A stretch of DNA of 64,000 bases from Dehalococcoidia bacterium (GTDB lineage: Bacteria; Chloroflexota; Dehalococcoidia; Lucifugimonadales; UBA2985), in NCBI GenBank assembly GCA_965263185.1, contig OZ253588.1:311611-375610 (forward strand). Reading direction: 5' to 3'. The translations under genes were made by a program, and so were the position numbers. Shown piece after piece: positions 12,187 to 22,535 of this stretch (position 1 is the first letter of the stretch; every line of letters starts with the position of its first letter). The notes below the pieces were generated by a model. That model searched no databases. It saw nothing but the letters and a program-made list of their open reading frames with translations, and was not told the DNA's origin.

Positions 12187-15100
12187 GTGGAACATCCCAA
12201 CCCCAGCGATACCCCTACCCTCAACCCGCGCAAGTTGACCCTCGAGGCGCGCCGCCTGGCCGTTGTCTTCGCGCCCGCCCTCATCCTTGTTCTGGCCCTT
12301 GCCCTGCGGCTCTACGGCATAAATTGGGACCAAGGCGGCCTATTCCACCCCGACGAGCGGGCCATCCTGTTTCACGTCAACGACATGAGTTGGCCCCCAC
12401 TCTCCGACCTGGGCGTCCTCCTGGACGTGGACGAAAGCCCCCTCAACCCGCGTTGGTTCCCATACGGCAGCCTTCCCATGTACGCGGTGAAGGCCGCTCA
12501 GTCGCTTCTCTCCCCCATCGTCGACCTGGACTTTCACGGCCTGAGCTACCTGGGCAGGACACTCTCCGCCCTTGCCGACGTGGGCACAGTGCTGATGGTA
12601 TTCCTCCTTGCGTCCCGGCTCTACGGGCGCAGGGTGGGAATACTGGCCTCCCTGTTCGCCGCCATCGCGGTGATACACATTCAACTGAGCCACTTCTACA
12701 CCGTGGACACGTACCTGACATTCTTCATAGTCGCCTCCGTTTACTTCATGGTACGACTGATGCAAGACGGGCGGCCGAGGGACTCCGCCCTGGCCGGAGT
12801 CTTCATCGGGCTGGCGTTGGCCTCCAAGGTAAGCGTTGCGCCCCTGTTCCTGGCCTTCGTGCTGGCCCACGCCATCTACGCATTCTCAGGCCCCGGGGAG
12901 AGGCTCGCCCTGGCAAAGCCGTCCCGCCCCGCTCTCGCCAAGGTTGTCCGCAGCCTATTGCTGGGAGGCGCGGCCTGCCTGCTGGTCTTCTTCATCGCCA
13001 CGCCATACGCCTTCCTGGACTGGTCAAGGCCCACGCCCTGCGAGGTCCCCTACCCTTTCCTGGAGTTCCTCGACCGGAACTACTACGCCTGCGACCTGGG
13101 AGGCGAGTTCGCAATGGCGCGCGGCATATCGGGGCGACCGTACACCCAACAGTACATCGACACCGCGCCCTACTGGTACCACATCCGGCAGCTGGCCCTG
13201 TTCGGTCTGGGGCTTCCCCTAGGCATAGCCGCCTGGGCTTCCGTCCTGTTCACGGTCGCCCTGGCAGCAGCCCGCCGCCGCAAGGGCGACCTGCTGCTCC
13301 TGGCCTGGGTACTCCCCTACTTTCTGCTGACGGGCTACGTGGAGGTGAAGTTCCTGCGGTACATGCTGCCCCTGACCCCATTCCTGCTCATCATGGGGTC
13401 TCGTATGCTCCTCTGGGCGCACGACCGGGTATCGGAGCGGAGCATCCGGCATCTCCCACTGGCGCGTTGGGGCATTGGGTTCGTGATCGCAGCCACGGCG
13501 TTCTACAGCCTCGCCTTCGTCTCCATATACAGCCAGCCTCACACGGCGATGAGGGCGTCCGAGTGGATCAACGAGAACATCGCCAGAGGCTCCGTGATAC
13601 TCATGGAGCACTGGGAGGAGGGGCTGCCGAACACGCACAGCTACGTCAGAGGCTGCCGCGGCGTTCCGGACGACGCCAGGTCCTGCATGAAGATGTACGA
13701 CTCCGACAACGTGACGTACTACGGCGGCAAGGACAAGATGACGGTGGTGGCGGAGCAGCTTGCCGGGGCCGACTACCTGGTCTTCTTCAGCAACCGCCTC
13801 TACGGGAGCATCCCCCGGCTGCCGGAGAAGTACCCCCAGAGTGGCGAGTACTACCGCAGGCTCTTTGCCGGGGAGTTGGGGTACCGGCTGGAGCATTGGG
13901 AGACCGCCTACCCCCGGCTCATGGGAATCGCCTTCACGGACGATACCTTCACCCGTCCCGGCCTGCCGACGCTCGGAGAGCTGGGGCCGTTTCGACCGGC
14001 GCCCTTCACTGTAGACCTGGGCTACGCCGATGAGAGCTTCAGCGCCTACGACCACCCCAAGATCCTGATATTCAAGAACCTGGACCGCCTGAGCGCCTCT
14101 GAGATACTCCGGCTCCTCACGGAGGACCCACCGCAAGCGACCGAGGGCAAGAGCCTGCTGATGTCGGAGGCGACACTTACGGCCCAGCGCGAGGGCGGGA
14201 CCTGGAGCGCCATATTCGACCCCGGCAGCCTGGCCAACCGCTTCCCGGTAGTCGTGTGGCTCCTGTGGGCGCAGGCGCTTGCCCTGCTCGCCCTGCCGCT
14301 GAGCCTGGCTGTGTTCAAGGCCCTGCCGGACCGGGGCTACCTGCTGGCCAAGCCCCTTGGCATCCTTGCGACGGCCTACGTGGCCTGGCTCTTTGCAAGC
14401 CTGCACTGGATGCCATTCTCCAGAGGCTCAGTCCTTCTCGCGGCGCTGCTGCTCGCGTCGGTCTCCGCAATGGTCGTATACACGCGACGGGTGGACATAG
14501 TCGCCTTCTTCAGAGAGAACCTCCGCCTGGTGGCAGTGGGAGAGGCCGTCTTCATGGCCTCCTTTGCCGTATTCCTGCTGCTGAGAGCGGCCAACCCGGA
14601 CCTCTGGCACCCCTACACCGGCGGCGAAAAGCCAATGGAGATGGCCTACCTCAACGCCATAGTTCGCTCAACCTACATGCCCCCCTACGACCCCTGGTTT
14701 GCGGGAGGGTACATCAACTACTACTACTTTGGGCAGTTCATAGTCGCAAGCCTGGTCAAGGTATCCGGAATAACGACCGAGGTGGCATTCAACCTGGCCG
14801 TTCCCCTGTTCTTCGCCCTCACGACTTCGGCGGCCTTCTCCCTGGCGTACAACCTGTCGGAAGGCGCGCGGCGCGGCATGGGCATGGCCGGAGGCCGGAC
14901 GTGGGCCATAGTGGCCGGGCTTGCCGGCGCGTTCTTTGTCGCAGTCATGGGGAACCTGGACGGCGTAATCCAGCTTGGGCAGGGTCTCGCCAGGGCGATG
15001 CTTCAAGGGCAGCCCTTTGGCGAGTTCGATTTCTGGCGCAGCAGTCGGCTCATACCGCCCGGCGACCCGTCCGGGTACGAGATTACCGAGTTCCCCTTCT

Positions 15101-16737
15101 TCACCTTCCTGTTCGCAGACCTGCACGCCCACATGATGGCCATGCCGTTTGCCCTGCTATCGCTTGGGCTGGCCCTCAACCTGGGCCTTCGCATCAAAGA
15201 AGGAGTGGGCATAGCCTCCAGAGTGGGCTGCCTGCTGGCCCTAGCGCTGGCAGTGGGGTCGTTGAGGGCAATCAACACCTGGGACTTCCCAACCTACCTG
15301 GCCTTCGGGGCGCTGGCCGTGCTGATTGGCGAGTACGCCGGCAGCTCCCGCCGTATCTCCGTTGCAATGGCGGCGCGCGTCGTACTCCAGGCGGCCTTCC
15401 TGTACTGGGCTACTACACTGCTGTTTGCGCCCTTCATAGACAACTACCGCTCCTTTGCCGATGGCGTGTTCCTCAGCAAGTGGCAGACGCCCCTATACGC
15501 CTACCTGGGTATACACAGCGTCTTCATATTCCTGGCGATAAGCTTCCTGGCTTACGCCGGCCGCAGCCACCTCCGGTCACTATTCAGACGCGTCGCCGGC
15601 CTGGCCGCGAGCGACGGAGCCAACGGGTACGCTGATGGCCCGGCCGCAAAGCCCGGCAAAGCGTTGAGGCTTGCGCTCGCCGTCGGCCTGCCACTGGCAG
15701 CCGTCGTCGCGCTTGCGCTGATCGGATACGCCACCGTCGCCTTCCTGTTGCTGCTGCTGGCCCCGACGGTCGCGCTGGGCGGGAGGTGGGCCGCGTCCGG
15801 GAAGGACACCTTTGGCGTCTTTGCCCTGGCTATGCTGGCAACCGCCCTGTCCATTGGGATCATGGTTGAGGTGGTGACCATCAAGGGGGACATAGCCCGT
15901 ATGAACACGGTGTTCAAGTTCTACCTTCAGGCCTGGGTACTGATGGGCGTAGCCTCGGCTTACCTCCTCTGGCGCCTGGGGCCTGTCGCGCTCCGCGGCG
16001 AGCCGACGAATCCCGCCATTCCCGCGGAATCTGTCATCCACTCCCCCACTCACGGCGAGCCTGTCGAGCCACATGAACCTCGTCAGGGCCGCCGCATGGG
16101 ACTCGGAAGGGCGCGCGTCCTGCGATGGACGTGGGCGGCGCTGCTGGCCTTCCTGCTAATCGGAAGCTCCGTGTACACCGTGGCCGGGACCCAAGACCGG
16201 CTGAGGGAAAGGTTCCAGCCCCTGCCCCTTACCCTGAACGGAATGGCCTACATGGAGAACGCCCGGTACTCCTTTGACCGCGGCCGGGGCAGCGAGGAAC
16301 TCAAGGATGAGTACGACGCCATTCGATGGCTCCGTGGAGACGCCATACAGGGTTCCCCTGTGGTACTGGAGGGACAGGGAGAGCTTTACCGGAGCCTCCA
16401 CGGCCGGGTGTCCATCTACACCGGCCTTCCCACGGTCCTGGGCTGGGACAACCACCAGTCGCAGCAGCGTGGCTACGGGCCAGTGATAGGCGACCGCGTT
16501 AGAGACATCCGCCGCATATACTCCACCGAGAGGGTGGAGGAGGCCATGCGGTTGCTTGGCGAGTACCGCGTTGAGTACGTATACATAGGAGAAATCGAGC
16601 GCCACTACTACCCTGAGCGCGGGTTGGACAAGTTCTCCCGCATCCCGGGCGCAGAGCTGGCGTACTCCAACCCCACGGTGGAGATATACCGAGTCGCGTC
16701 GACTTCCATGCGTCTTGAGACTTCAGGTGGCCCATGA
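12187..16737 (+). CDS. tandem GT-C glycosyltransferase: PMT/GT39-like domain fused to DUF2298 (Chlor_Arch_YYY) domain
   Basis: FHPDER, FPYGSLP, HFYTVD; NPDLWHP..GGEKPME, PPYDPWFAGGYINYYYFGQ, ITEFPFFTFLFADLHAH, RMNTVFKFY, TGLPTVLGW; many TM helices. Confidence 0.85.
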   Translation: MEHPNPSDTPTLNPRKLTLEARRLAVVFAPALILVLALALRLYGINWDQGGLFHPDERAILFHVNDMSWPPLSDLGVLLDVDESPLNPRWFPYGSLPMYAVKAAQSLLSPIVDLDFHGLSYLGRTLSALADVGTVLMVFLLASRLYGRRVGILASLFAAIAVIHIQLSHFYTVDTYLTFFIVASVYFMVRLMQDGRPRDSALAGVFIGLALASKVSVAPLFLAFVLAHAIYAFSGPGERLALAKPSRPALAKVVRSLLLGGAACLLVFFIATPYAFLDWSRPTPCEVPYPFLEFLDRNYYACDLGGEFAMARGISGRPYTQQYIDTAPYWYHIRQLALFGLGLPLGIAAWASVLFTVALAAARRRKGDLLLLAWVLPYFLLTGYVEVKFLRYMLPLTPFLLIMGSRMLLWAHDRVSERSIRHLPLARWGIGFVIAATAFYSLAFVSIYSQPHTAMRASEWINENIARGSVILMEHWEEGLPNTHSYVRGCRGVPDDARSCMKMYDSDNVTYYGGKDKMTVVAEQLAGADYLVFFSNRLYGSIPRLPEKYPQSGEYYRRLFAGELGYRLEHWETAYPRLMGIAFTDDTFTRPGLPTLGELGPFRPAPFTVDLGYADESFSAYDHPKILIFKNLDRLSASEILRLLTEDPPQATEGKSLLMSEATLTAQREGGTWSAIFDPGSLANRFPVVVWLLWAQALALLALPLSLAVFKALPDRGYLLAKPLGILATAYVAWLFASLHWMPFSRGSVLLAALLLASVSAMVVYTRRVDIVAFFRENLRLVAVGEAVFMASFAVFLLLRAANPDLWHPYTGGEKPMEMAYLNAIVRSTYMPPYDPWFAGGYINYYYFGQFIVASLVKVSGITTEVAFNLAVPLFFALTTSAAFSLAYNLSEGARRGMGMAGGRTWAIVAGLAGAFFVAVMGNLDGVIQLGQGLARAMLQGQPFGEFDFWRSSRLIPPGDPSGYEITEFPFFTFLFADLHAHMMAMPFALLSLGLALNLGLRIKEGVGIASRVGCLLALALAVGSLRAINTWDFPTYLAFGALAVLIGEYAGSSRRISVAMAARVVLQAAFLYWATTLLFAPFIDNYRSFADGVFLSKWQTPLYAYLGIHSVFIFLAISFLAYAGRSHLRSLFRRVAGLAASDGANGYADGPAAKPGKALRLALAVGLPLAAVVALALIGYATVAFLLLLLAPTVALGGRWAASGKDTFGVFALAMLATALSIGIMVEVVTIKGDIARMNTVFKFYLQAWVLMGVASAYLLWRLGPVALRGEPTNPAIPAESVIHSPTHGEPVEPHEPRQGRRMGLGRARVLRWTWAALLAFLLIGSSVYTVAGTQDRLRERFQPLPLTLNGMAYMENARYSFDRGRGSEELKDEYDAIRWLRGDAIQGSPVVLEGQGELYRSLHGRVSIYTGLPTVLGWDNHQSQQRGYGPVIGDRVRDIRRIYSTERVEEAMRLLGEYRVEYVYIGEIERHYYPERGLDKFSRIPGAELAYSNPTVEIYRVASTSMRLETSGGP

Positions 16738-16779
16738 TATTATGATAGAGAGGAAAAGCAACGCGCAGGAAGTGAAGGA

Positions 16780-17082
16780 ATGGACATACAGGAGATAGTG
16801 GGGCTTGTCCGAGACTTGGCCATAATCCTGTTTGCCATGCTCGGTATGCTGGTGATGCTGACGGCCGCCATCGTGGGGCTGTTGCTGTACCGCAAAGTGG
16901 CCCCCACTCTGGATTCGGCAAAGGAGACTGCGAAGCGTACCCAAGAAGTGACCGCTCAGCTATCGGACAAGGTGATTAAGCCGATGCTGAGCGCCTCTAC
17001 CTCCGCGTACAGCGTGGGGCGAATCGTAGCTTTTATCATAGGTTTATCGCAAGGGAAAGGAGAAAGAAAAAATGGCAGGTGA
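16780..17082 (+). CDS. small membrane protein (DUF948-like, usual YtxH partner)
   Basis: N-terminal TM followed by helical region; AAGGA SD; overlaps the YtxH gene. Confidence 0.65.
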   Translation: MDIQEIVGLVRDLAIILFAMLGMLVMLTAAIVGLLLYRKVAPTLDSAKETAKRTQEVTAQLSDKVIKPMLSASTSAYSVGRIVAFIIGLSQGKGERKNGR

Positions 17083-17359
17083 AACAGGATTCGGCACAGG
17101 TCTGCTACTTGGAGGCGTGATAGGGGTGCTGGCGGGACTCCTTCTGGCTCCCAAGCCCGGAGAAGAAACGCGCGCGCAGGTAGTAGAGAAGACCGCGGGG
17201 CTGAGACAGAGGGCCGAGGAGGCTACGGCAGGGGCCAGGGAGCGCGTGCGGGAGGTCGTTGATGAGGGGAAGGTCGTGGTCGGCCGGATGATGCCAGGTC
17301 GAGAAGCTGCGGACGTGGAGGAGCCTTCCACCGATAACCGCGACTCTTCACCTGCATAG
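17072..17359 (+). CDS. YtxH domain protein
   Basis: GLLLGGVIGVLAGLLLAPKPGEETR. Confidence 0.88.
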   Translation: MAGETGFGTGLLLGGVIGVLAGLLLAPKPGEETRAQVVEKTAGLRQRAEEATAGARERVREVVDEGKVVVGRMMPGREAADVEEPSTDNRDSSPA

Positions 17360-17388
17360 CGGCCGTTTGAGCCAATACAGAAGCTTTA

Positions 17389-17428
17389 CAGGCCCCCCGA
17401 TCTTCCTGGGAAGGTCGTGGGGCCTGTT
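17389..17428. terminator. hairpin between convergent ytxH-like gene and pheA
   Basis: caggcccc..cgatcttcc/ggaaggtcg.ggggcctg stem followed by ttcttgtt. Confidence 0.55.
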
Positions 17429-17462
17429 CTTGTTCAAAGCGTAAGGGGCGCCGGCGCAATGC

Positions 17463-18293
17463 CTAAGAGTCCCTGTATCGGGGGTACGACCCAAAGACCT
17501 TCAGCATAGAGACTTCGGTTGCAATGATGCTGAGAGCTTCCTGCACGGCGGGGTCCTCTCGATGCCCGTTCAGATCTATCAGGAAGACGTAGCGCCCCAG
17601 ACTCTCCTTGTTCGGGCGGGACTCCACCTTGGCAAGGTTGATGTTTCTGCTAGCGAAATGCCCAAGCACAGCATAGAGTATCCCCGCGCGGTCTTCGCTG
17701 AAGGAGAAGCACAATGAAGTCTTGTCACTCCCGGTGGGGGGGTGGTCCCGGCGAGCCAGCGCCACAAATCTGGTGAAGTTGGCAGGGTTGTCCTGGATGC
17801 CCCGGAGCAGAACCTCCGCCCCATACACCTCGGCTGCCTTGCCTGGAGCGATGGCTGCCGCAGGCAAGCGGCTCCCAAGCATGTCCTCCACCGCGGCCGC
17901 GGTGCTCAGGGCAGCTACAGGCTGAGCCTTGGGATAGTGTCTCGACATGAAACGTCTGCACTGCCCCAGAGCCTGGGGGTGGGAGTATATGAACTCTATC
18001 TCCTGGTTTGAGGCTCCCGGCTTGACCAGCAGGCAATGTTCAATCGGCAGTACAACCTCATTCCGGATGGATAGATTGGAGTCGTGGATCAGCATATCCA
18101 GGGTATCGGTTACCGACCCCTCCAGGCTGTTCTCTATGGGGACAACACCCTCTTCCACCTCTTCCGCGTCCACCGCAGCGGCAACGGCGGCAACGGAGGA
18201 GACCGGTACAAGATGGGCCTCCGGGTCGTATCGCAGCGCCGCAGCCTCGGTAAAGGTGCCCGAGGGGCCCAGATAGGCTATCCGCTTCGCCAT
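17463..18293 (-). CDS. pheA: prephenate dehydratase
   Basis: YLGPSGTFTE, PIENSLEGSV, SHPQALGQC, NFTRF, ACT domain ESRP. Confidence 0.95.
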   Translation of the reverse strand: MAKRIAYLGPSGTFTEAAALRYDPEAHLVPVSSVAAVAAAVDAEEVEEGVVPIENSLEGSVTDTLDMLIHDSNLSIRNEVVLPIEHCLLVKPGASNQEIEFIYSHPQALGQCRRFMSRHYPKAQPVAALSTAAAVEDMLGSRLPAAAIAPGKAAEVYGAEVLLRGIQDNPANFTRFVALARRDHPPTGSDKTSLCFSFSEDRAGILYAVLGHFASRNINLAKVESRPNKESLGRYVFLIDLNGHREDPAVQEALSIIATEVSMLKVFGSYPRYRDS

Positions 18294-18296
18294 TTG

Positions 18297-18962
18297 CTAT
18301 GCCGTTCCGGTCAGGGCCTCTCGCAGGGCCTCTTCACCGTCGGAAGTGGTTACGGCCACCACCTCATCTCCGGAGCCAAGAACAGCCTCGCTATGGGGCG
18401 CTATAAGGGAGCCGTCCCTCTTGAGTATGAAGGAGATAAGGCTGTCGTCCGGTATGGGCATCTCCCTCAGGACATGGCCTACCACCGCCGCGTCCGGGGG
18501 AATGCGAATACCCACAACCTCCCGGTTGGAGCCTTTTATAGCTCTTAAGTGTACCAGCGAATGCGCCGGCAGCTCCTCTTCTATGTGAGATAGTACGATG
18601 TCCGTGCTGCTCACGCAGACATCCACTCCCAGAGCCGCGAACAGCTTTTCGTTATTGGGGTTGTTGATGAGGGAAATGGTCCTGGGCGCCTTAAACCTGT
18701 GCCTGGCGATTTGGCAAGCCACCAGGTTGTCCTGATCCGTTCCCGTAGCTGCAATGAACACGTCAGCCCTGGAAGCGCCCGCCTCTCTCAGCACGCCCTC
18801 CTCACAGCCGTTCCCCACGATGACTATGCTCCCAAGCTCCTCTCTGACGGCCTCGGATTTGCGAGAGGAGCGCTCGATCAGAAAGACCTCGTGCTCGCTC
18901 CTCAAGAGGGCTTTGGCGAGATGATAACCGACTTTGCCCGCGCCAACCACGATGATGTACAT
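18297..18962 (-). CDS. trkA: TrkA family K+ uptake regulatory subunit (RCK-N + RCK-C)
   Basis: IIVVGAGKVG Rossmann motif, D..NL, C-terminal RCK-C (GDEV). Confidence 0.88.
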   Translation of the reverse strand: MYIIVVGAGKVGYHLAKALLRSEHEVFLIERSSRKSEAVREELGSIVIVGNGCEEGVLREAGASRADVFIAATGTDQDNLVACQIARHRFKAPRTISLINNPNNEKLFAALGVDVCVSSTDIVLSHIEEELPAHSLVHLRAIKGSNREVVGIRIPPDAAVVGHVLREMPIPDDSLISFILKRDGSLIAPHSEAVLGSGDEVVAVTTSDGEEALREALTGTA

Positions 18963-18967
18963 GGGTT

Positions 18968-19366
18968 CTAGCTACGCACCGCCTGTAGAATCAGCCCGGA
19001 GGTCAGCCGGGTCGAACTCACCGCGTTCAAACCCAACTCCGTGTATATCTCATATCGCGCCGTATCGTCTATACGGCAGACCACCTTGCTTACCTGGAAT
19101 ATGTGCTGGGCCATCTGCGCAGCCAGGATGTTGTCTGTGTCCTCCGGTGAAACGGCCACAAAGACATCCCTGTTCTCAATGCCTCCTCTGATCAGGTCTT
19201 CCTCCAGGGTGCCGTCTCCCACTATGGCTTCTTGCTGAAGCTCCTCCGGCAGGAGGCGAAGGCTCTCCGGGTTAGCGTCCAGAACAACCACCTGATGGCC
19301 CTCCTCCCACAAAGCTGTGGCTATCATGGCTCCAACTCTGCCGCAGCCCATTACCAGGGCTTTCAT
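18968..19366 (-). CDS. short TrkA-N (RCK-N only) protein
   Basis: MKALVMGCGRVG, GDGT, D.DNIL. Confidence 0.85.
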   Translation of the reverse strand: MKALVMGCGRVGAMIATALWEEGHQVVVLDANPESLRLLPEELQQEAIVGDGTLEEDLIRGGIENRDVFVAVSPEDTDNILAAQMAQHIFQVSKVVCRIDDTARYEIYTELGLNAVSSTRLTSGLILQAVRS

Positions 19367-19410
19367 GTTGAGCGACCGGATGTGAGTTGGACTGTTGGCG
19401 CCATCGAAGG

Positions 19411-19827
19411 TCAAATTGCGTCCCTGCAAATGATTACCTGACACGGAGCGTTTTTCAGTATGTAAGGGATGGTATCTCCAAGGGTAAAGGCCCCAAACCG
19501 CTTCTTATAGGGCATCTGCATCACTATGAGCTCCGATCCGCCCTCCACCGCCTCCTGGACCACCGCCGGCCCCACATCTCTGGCCTGCAGGAGCGTGGCC
19601 TTTACGGAACACTTCAACTCCCTGCCCAACTGCTCCAGGCGACGGAGCGCCTTCTCCGCCTTGTCCGTTTCCTGCGATATCTCAGCGTCCAGAGGAAGGT
19701 CTCGTTTGACCTCAATTACGTAAAGCGCCTGCACGGTTGCCTTGCTTGCCTTGGCTATCTCACTTGCCAAGCGTAGCGCCTTATCGTCGTAGCCGTTGTC
19801 ATGCACCGGCACCAGGATCTTATCCAA
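19411..19827 (-). CDS. universal stress protein
   Basis: KILVPV, ELIVM, LGDTIPYILKNAPCQV. Confidence 0.85.
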   Translation of the reverse strand: MDKILVPVHDNGYDDKALRLASEIAKASKATVQALYVIEVKRDLPLDAEISQETDKAEKALRRLEQLGRELKCSVKATLLQARDVGPAVVQEAVEGGSELIVMQMPYKKRFGAFTLGDTIPYILKNAPCQVIICRDAI

Positions 19828-19975
19828 AGCCGTTGCACGACTTATTCAATGTGCTCATCAACGCCAAATTATACGGATCCGTCCCACTCTTATCAAGCAT
19901 TGCGGCCGCGTAATTCGGAGCAATTTGGGGCTTCGCCGGATTGCGCAAGCTGCGCCGGCTTCCGCCGGCAGGGCT

Positions 19976-20665
19976 TCAGGCAGACTCCGGGCCAAAACCG
20001 TTCTCCTGGGAATACAACCTCTCCAGCTGGCCGTCCCGGCAAGCCACCACTAGGATGTCCCCCCTGCGAAGCACGTCTTCCTCGTCCGGAGCCAGTGTCA
20101 CGTCTTTGCCTCGCTTTACGGCGATGACCGCCACACCGTACTTGTCCCTTGCGCCCCCACCCAGCCCGGCCGCCTTCAGGCTGTGGTCGGCCAGTGAGTC
20201 GGGGACCCTCACCTTGCTTATGCCAAACTCCGGCGTCAGGTCCATGTACTCAAGCACACCGGGATTGAACAGGCTGTGAGCCAGGAACTCTCCCATCTCC
20301 TGTTCAGGGTAGATTATCTTGTGAACCCCAATTCTCTGAAGGGTGTTGCCGTGGAGCTCATTCTCGGCTCTGGCTACGATGAGAGGGACGCCCAGTGTAG
20401 CCAGGAGAACGGAGGTCATCAAGCTGGCCCGCGTGTCCGACCCCACAGCCACTATGGCTGCGTCGAAGTTGGTTACGCCAAGCTCCCTCAGGATCGTCTC
20501 GTTGGTGGCGTCTCCTTGAACGCTGAACGTCACCTGTCCCAGGTTGTCCTGTACCGCCTTCTCATCCGTATCGATGGCAAGCACGTCGTACCCCAGCTGG
20601 AAGAGCGTATGCGCAACGCTGGTCCCGAATCTGCCCAGACCTATTACCATTATTGACTTAGCCAT
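19976..20665 (-). CDS. ktrA: KtrA/TrkA K+ uptake NAD-binding subunit
   Basis: VIGLGRFG, GDAT, IIYPEQEMG, RCK-C domain. Confidence 0.88.
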   Translation of the reverse strand: MAKSIMVIGLGRFGTSVAHTLFQLGYDVLAIDTDEKAVQDNLGQVTFSVQGDATNETILRELGVTNFDAAIVAVGSDTRASLMTSVLLATLGVPLIVARAENELHGNTLQRIGVHKIIYPEQEMGEFLAHSLFNPGVLEYMDLTPEFGISKVRVPDSLADHSLKAAGLGGGARDKYGVAVIAVKRGKDVTLAPDEEDVLRRGDILVVACRDGQLERLYSQENGFGPESA

Positions 20666-20666
20666 T

Positions 20667-22094
20667 TCAACCTATTTTAACCCTTTCCTCAGCATATCGA
20701 TAGGGTGCAGTTTTCTCTCGCTGCGCAAGGACCAGCGCCAGTGTAAGCGGTCCTATTCGCCCAAGGTACATAGTGAGTATGATGATGAGCCGCCCCACCG
20801 GGGATAGCTCTTGTGTAATGCCGGTGGATAGCCCAACGGTGGCAAAGGCGGATACGGTCTCAAAGAGTATCTGTATGAGTGGCAGCCCCTCGGTGATGGT
20901 CAGGAAGAAGGACACCGCAAAGACCATCGCTAGACCCAGGACCAGCACCGTCAGGGCGCGATATATCTGCGGCTGAGCCACCTCCCTGCCAAAAGCTGTG
21001 GCATGGGTCTTTCCTGCAATGGAGGATAGCACCGCAGCCATCAATACCGCAATGGTGTTTACCTTGATGCCCCCCGCGGTTGAAGCAGAGGCCCCTCCTA
21101 TGAACATCAGACCTGTGATGAAGAAGTTGCTGTGCTGCTCCATGTCCCCAAAGTCCACTGTGGTGAACCCGGCGGTCCTTCCACTGGCTGAGTGGAAGAA
21201 TGCGGTGAGGACTTTATCCACAACGGGCATGGGCCCAAACGTGGCGGGGTTGGCATACTCGGCGGCAAAGATAACCACGCCGCCCAGCAGCAGCAACAGC
21301 GTTGTTACTACGACCACCATCTTTGTGTCCAGGGTATACCTGTTGAACCTGCGATAACCGAAAATGTCCAGCAGCACGCTAAAGCTCAGTGTCCCCAGGA
21401 TTATGAGAATGGTCATAGGGACCAGGAAGGTGTAATCCCTCCAAAAGGCGTCCAGGCTCTGAGAGTCCGGAAATATGACGAACCCCGCGTTGTTGAAGCC
21501 GGAGATGGCGTGGAAAGCCGACTGCCACAGGGCGGTGGTCAGTGGGTACTCGCCCATCAAACTTAGGAGTAGGATAAGAAAGCCTATCAACTGTATGGAC
21601 ACTACCACAAGCACGATCCTCAGGGTGAGCCGTATCAAGCCTCCCAACTGGTGGACGCCCAGGCTCTCCCTCATCAGCAGTCGGTTGGCCAGAGTGATAC
21701 GCTGGCCAATGATGATGAGGAACAAGGTGGCGCTGGTCATGATGCCAAGCCCACCGGCGAATATGAGAACCATGATGATGAGTTGACCGGAAAAGCTCCA
21801 GTACGTTGGCGTGTCCACCACCACCAGTCCGGTAACGGTAACGGCCGAGGTGGCGGTAAAGAGCGCATCCATGAATGGGGTCACTTCGCCGCTGGTATTG
21901 GCGAAGGGCAGGAGCAAAAGCAGGGTGCCAACGGCAATGAGGAAGGCGAAGCCACCCATGAGCATGTACGGGGAGCCAAAGTTCTTGGGAGGGACCCTGG
22001 GGCGAGCCGCCGCAATGTGCAGCGGTTTTATCTCCTCCTCGCGTGGGTGTCTTACCACCCTGTCGCCCGGCCTGGGCCGCCATGCACGTCGCAA
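20667..22094 (-). CDS. ktrB: KtrB/TrkH K+ uptake membrane subunit
   Basis: pore loops SAVTVTGL, FNNAGF, RTAGF, SAFATVGLS; GASASTAGGIK. Confidence 0.93.
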   Translation of the reverse strand: MRRAWRPRPGDRVVRHPREEEIKPLHIAAARPRVPPKNFGSPYMLMGGFAFLIAVGTLLLLLPFANTSGEVTPFMDALFTATSAVTVTGLVVVDTPTYWSFSGQLIIMVLIFAGGLGIMTSATLFLIIIGQRITLANRLLMRESLGVHQLGGLIRLTLRIVLVVVSIQLIGFLILLLSLMGEYPLTTALWQSAFHAISGFNNAGFVIFPDSQSLDAFWRDYTFLVPMTILIILGTLSFSVLLDIFGYRRFNRYTLDTKMVVVVTTLLLLLGGVVIFAAEYANPATFGPMPVVDKVLTAFFHSASGRTAGFTTVDFGDMEQHSNFFITGLMFIGGASASTAGGIKVNTIAVLMAAVLSSIAGKTHATAFGREVAQPQIYRALTVLVLGLAMVFAVSFFLTITEGLPLIQILFETVSAFATVGLSTGITQELSPVGRLIIILTMYLGRIGPLTLALVLAQREKTAPYRYAEERVKIG

Positions 22095-22535
22095 AGCTTT
22101 ACTTCCTGCTCGTCGTACCTGTGGAAAGTGGGCGCATCTGCACGGCCAAGCTACGCGGGCAGATGACGTCGGAGGGAATTCGGGAGAGCTTCCAATGGAG
22201 GCAGTTGCGCTTGAAGGAGCGTGGATAAGGCATGAGCGGAAGCGTTGACAAGAACCGCTCCATACGCATCATACCGGACGTGGCATGTACCATTGCACCC
22301 CATAGCTGATCTTGGAAGAAATTCTATTACCGGCGGCGTCCGCTGTCAATGAGTGGGAGCGCTGGATACTCTCTATACGAGTTGGCTATGGCGCGCGACA
22401 CCGCTCATATGGTCCGACAGGCTCACCACGAACTGACAAGGGAGCTTCCAATTTCGCCGCTCGTATCCCATTGTCGCTGACTGTCTACGCTTCGCCCACT
22501 GCGCAACCCAAAACCAAATTCGGGTAGGCTGGAGT

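Noticed and set aside
12324-15635. Long alternative-frame ORFs (569 and 459 aa) inside the GT-C gene
   Set aside because: Pro/Arg-rich shadow ORFs expected in high-GC coding DNA
22100-22260. c-di-AMP (ydaO) riboswitch upstream of ktrB
   Set aside because: Only a loose CCCGAAT...CGTAG resemblance; conserved 5' elements not found; needs an Rfam scan
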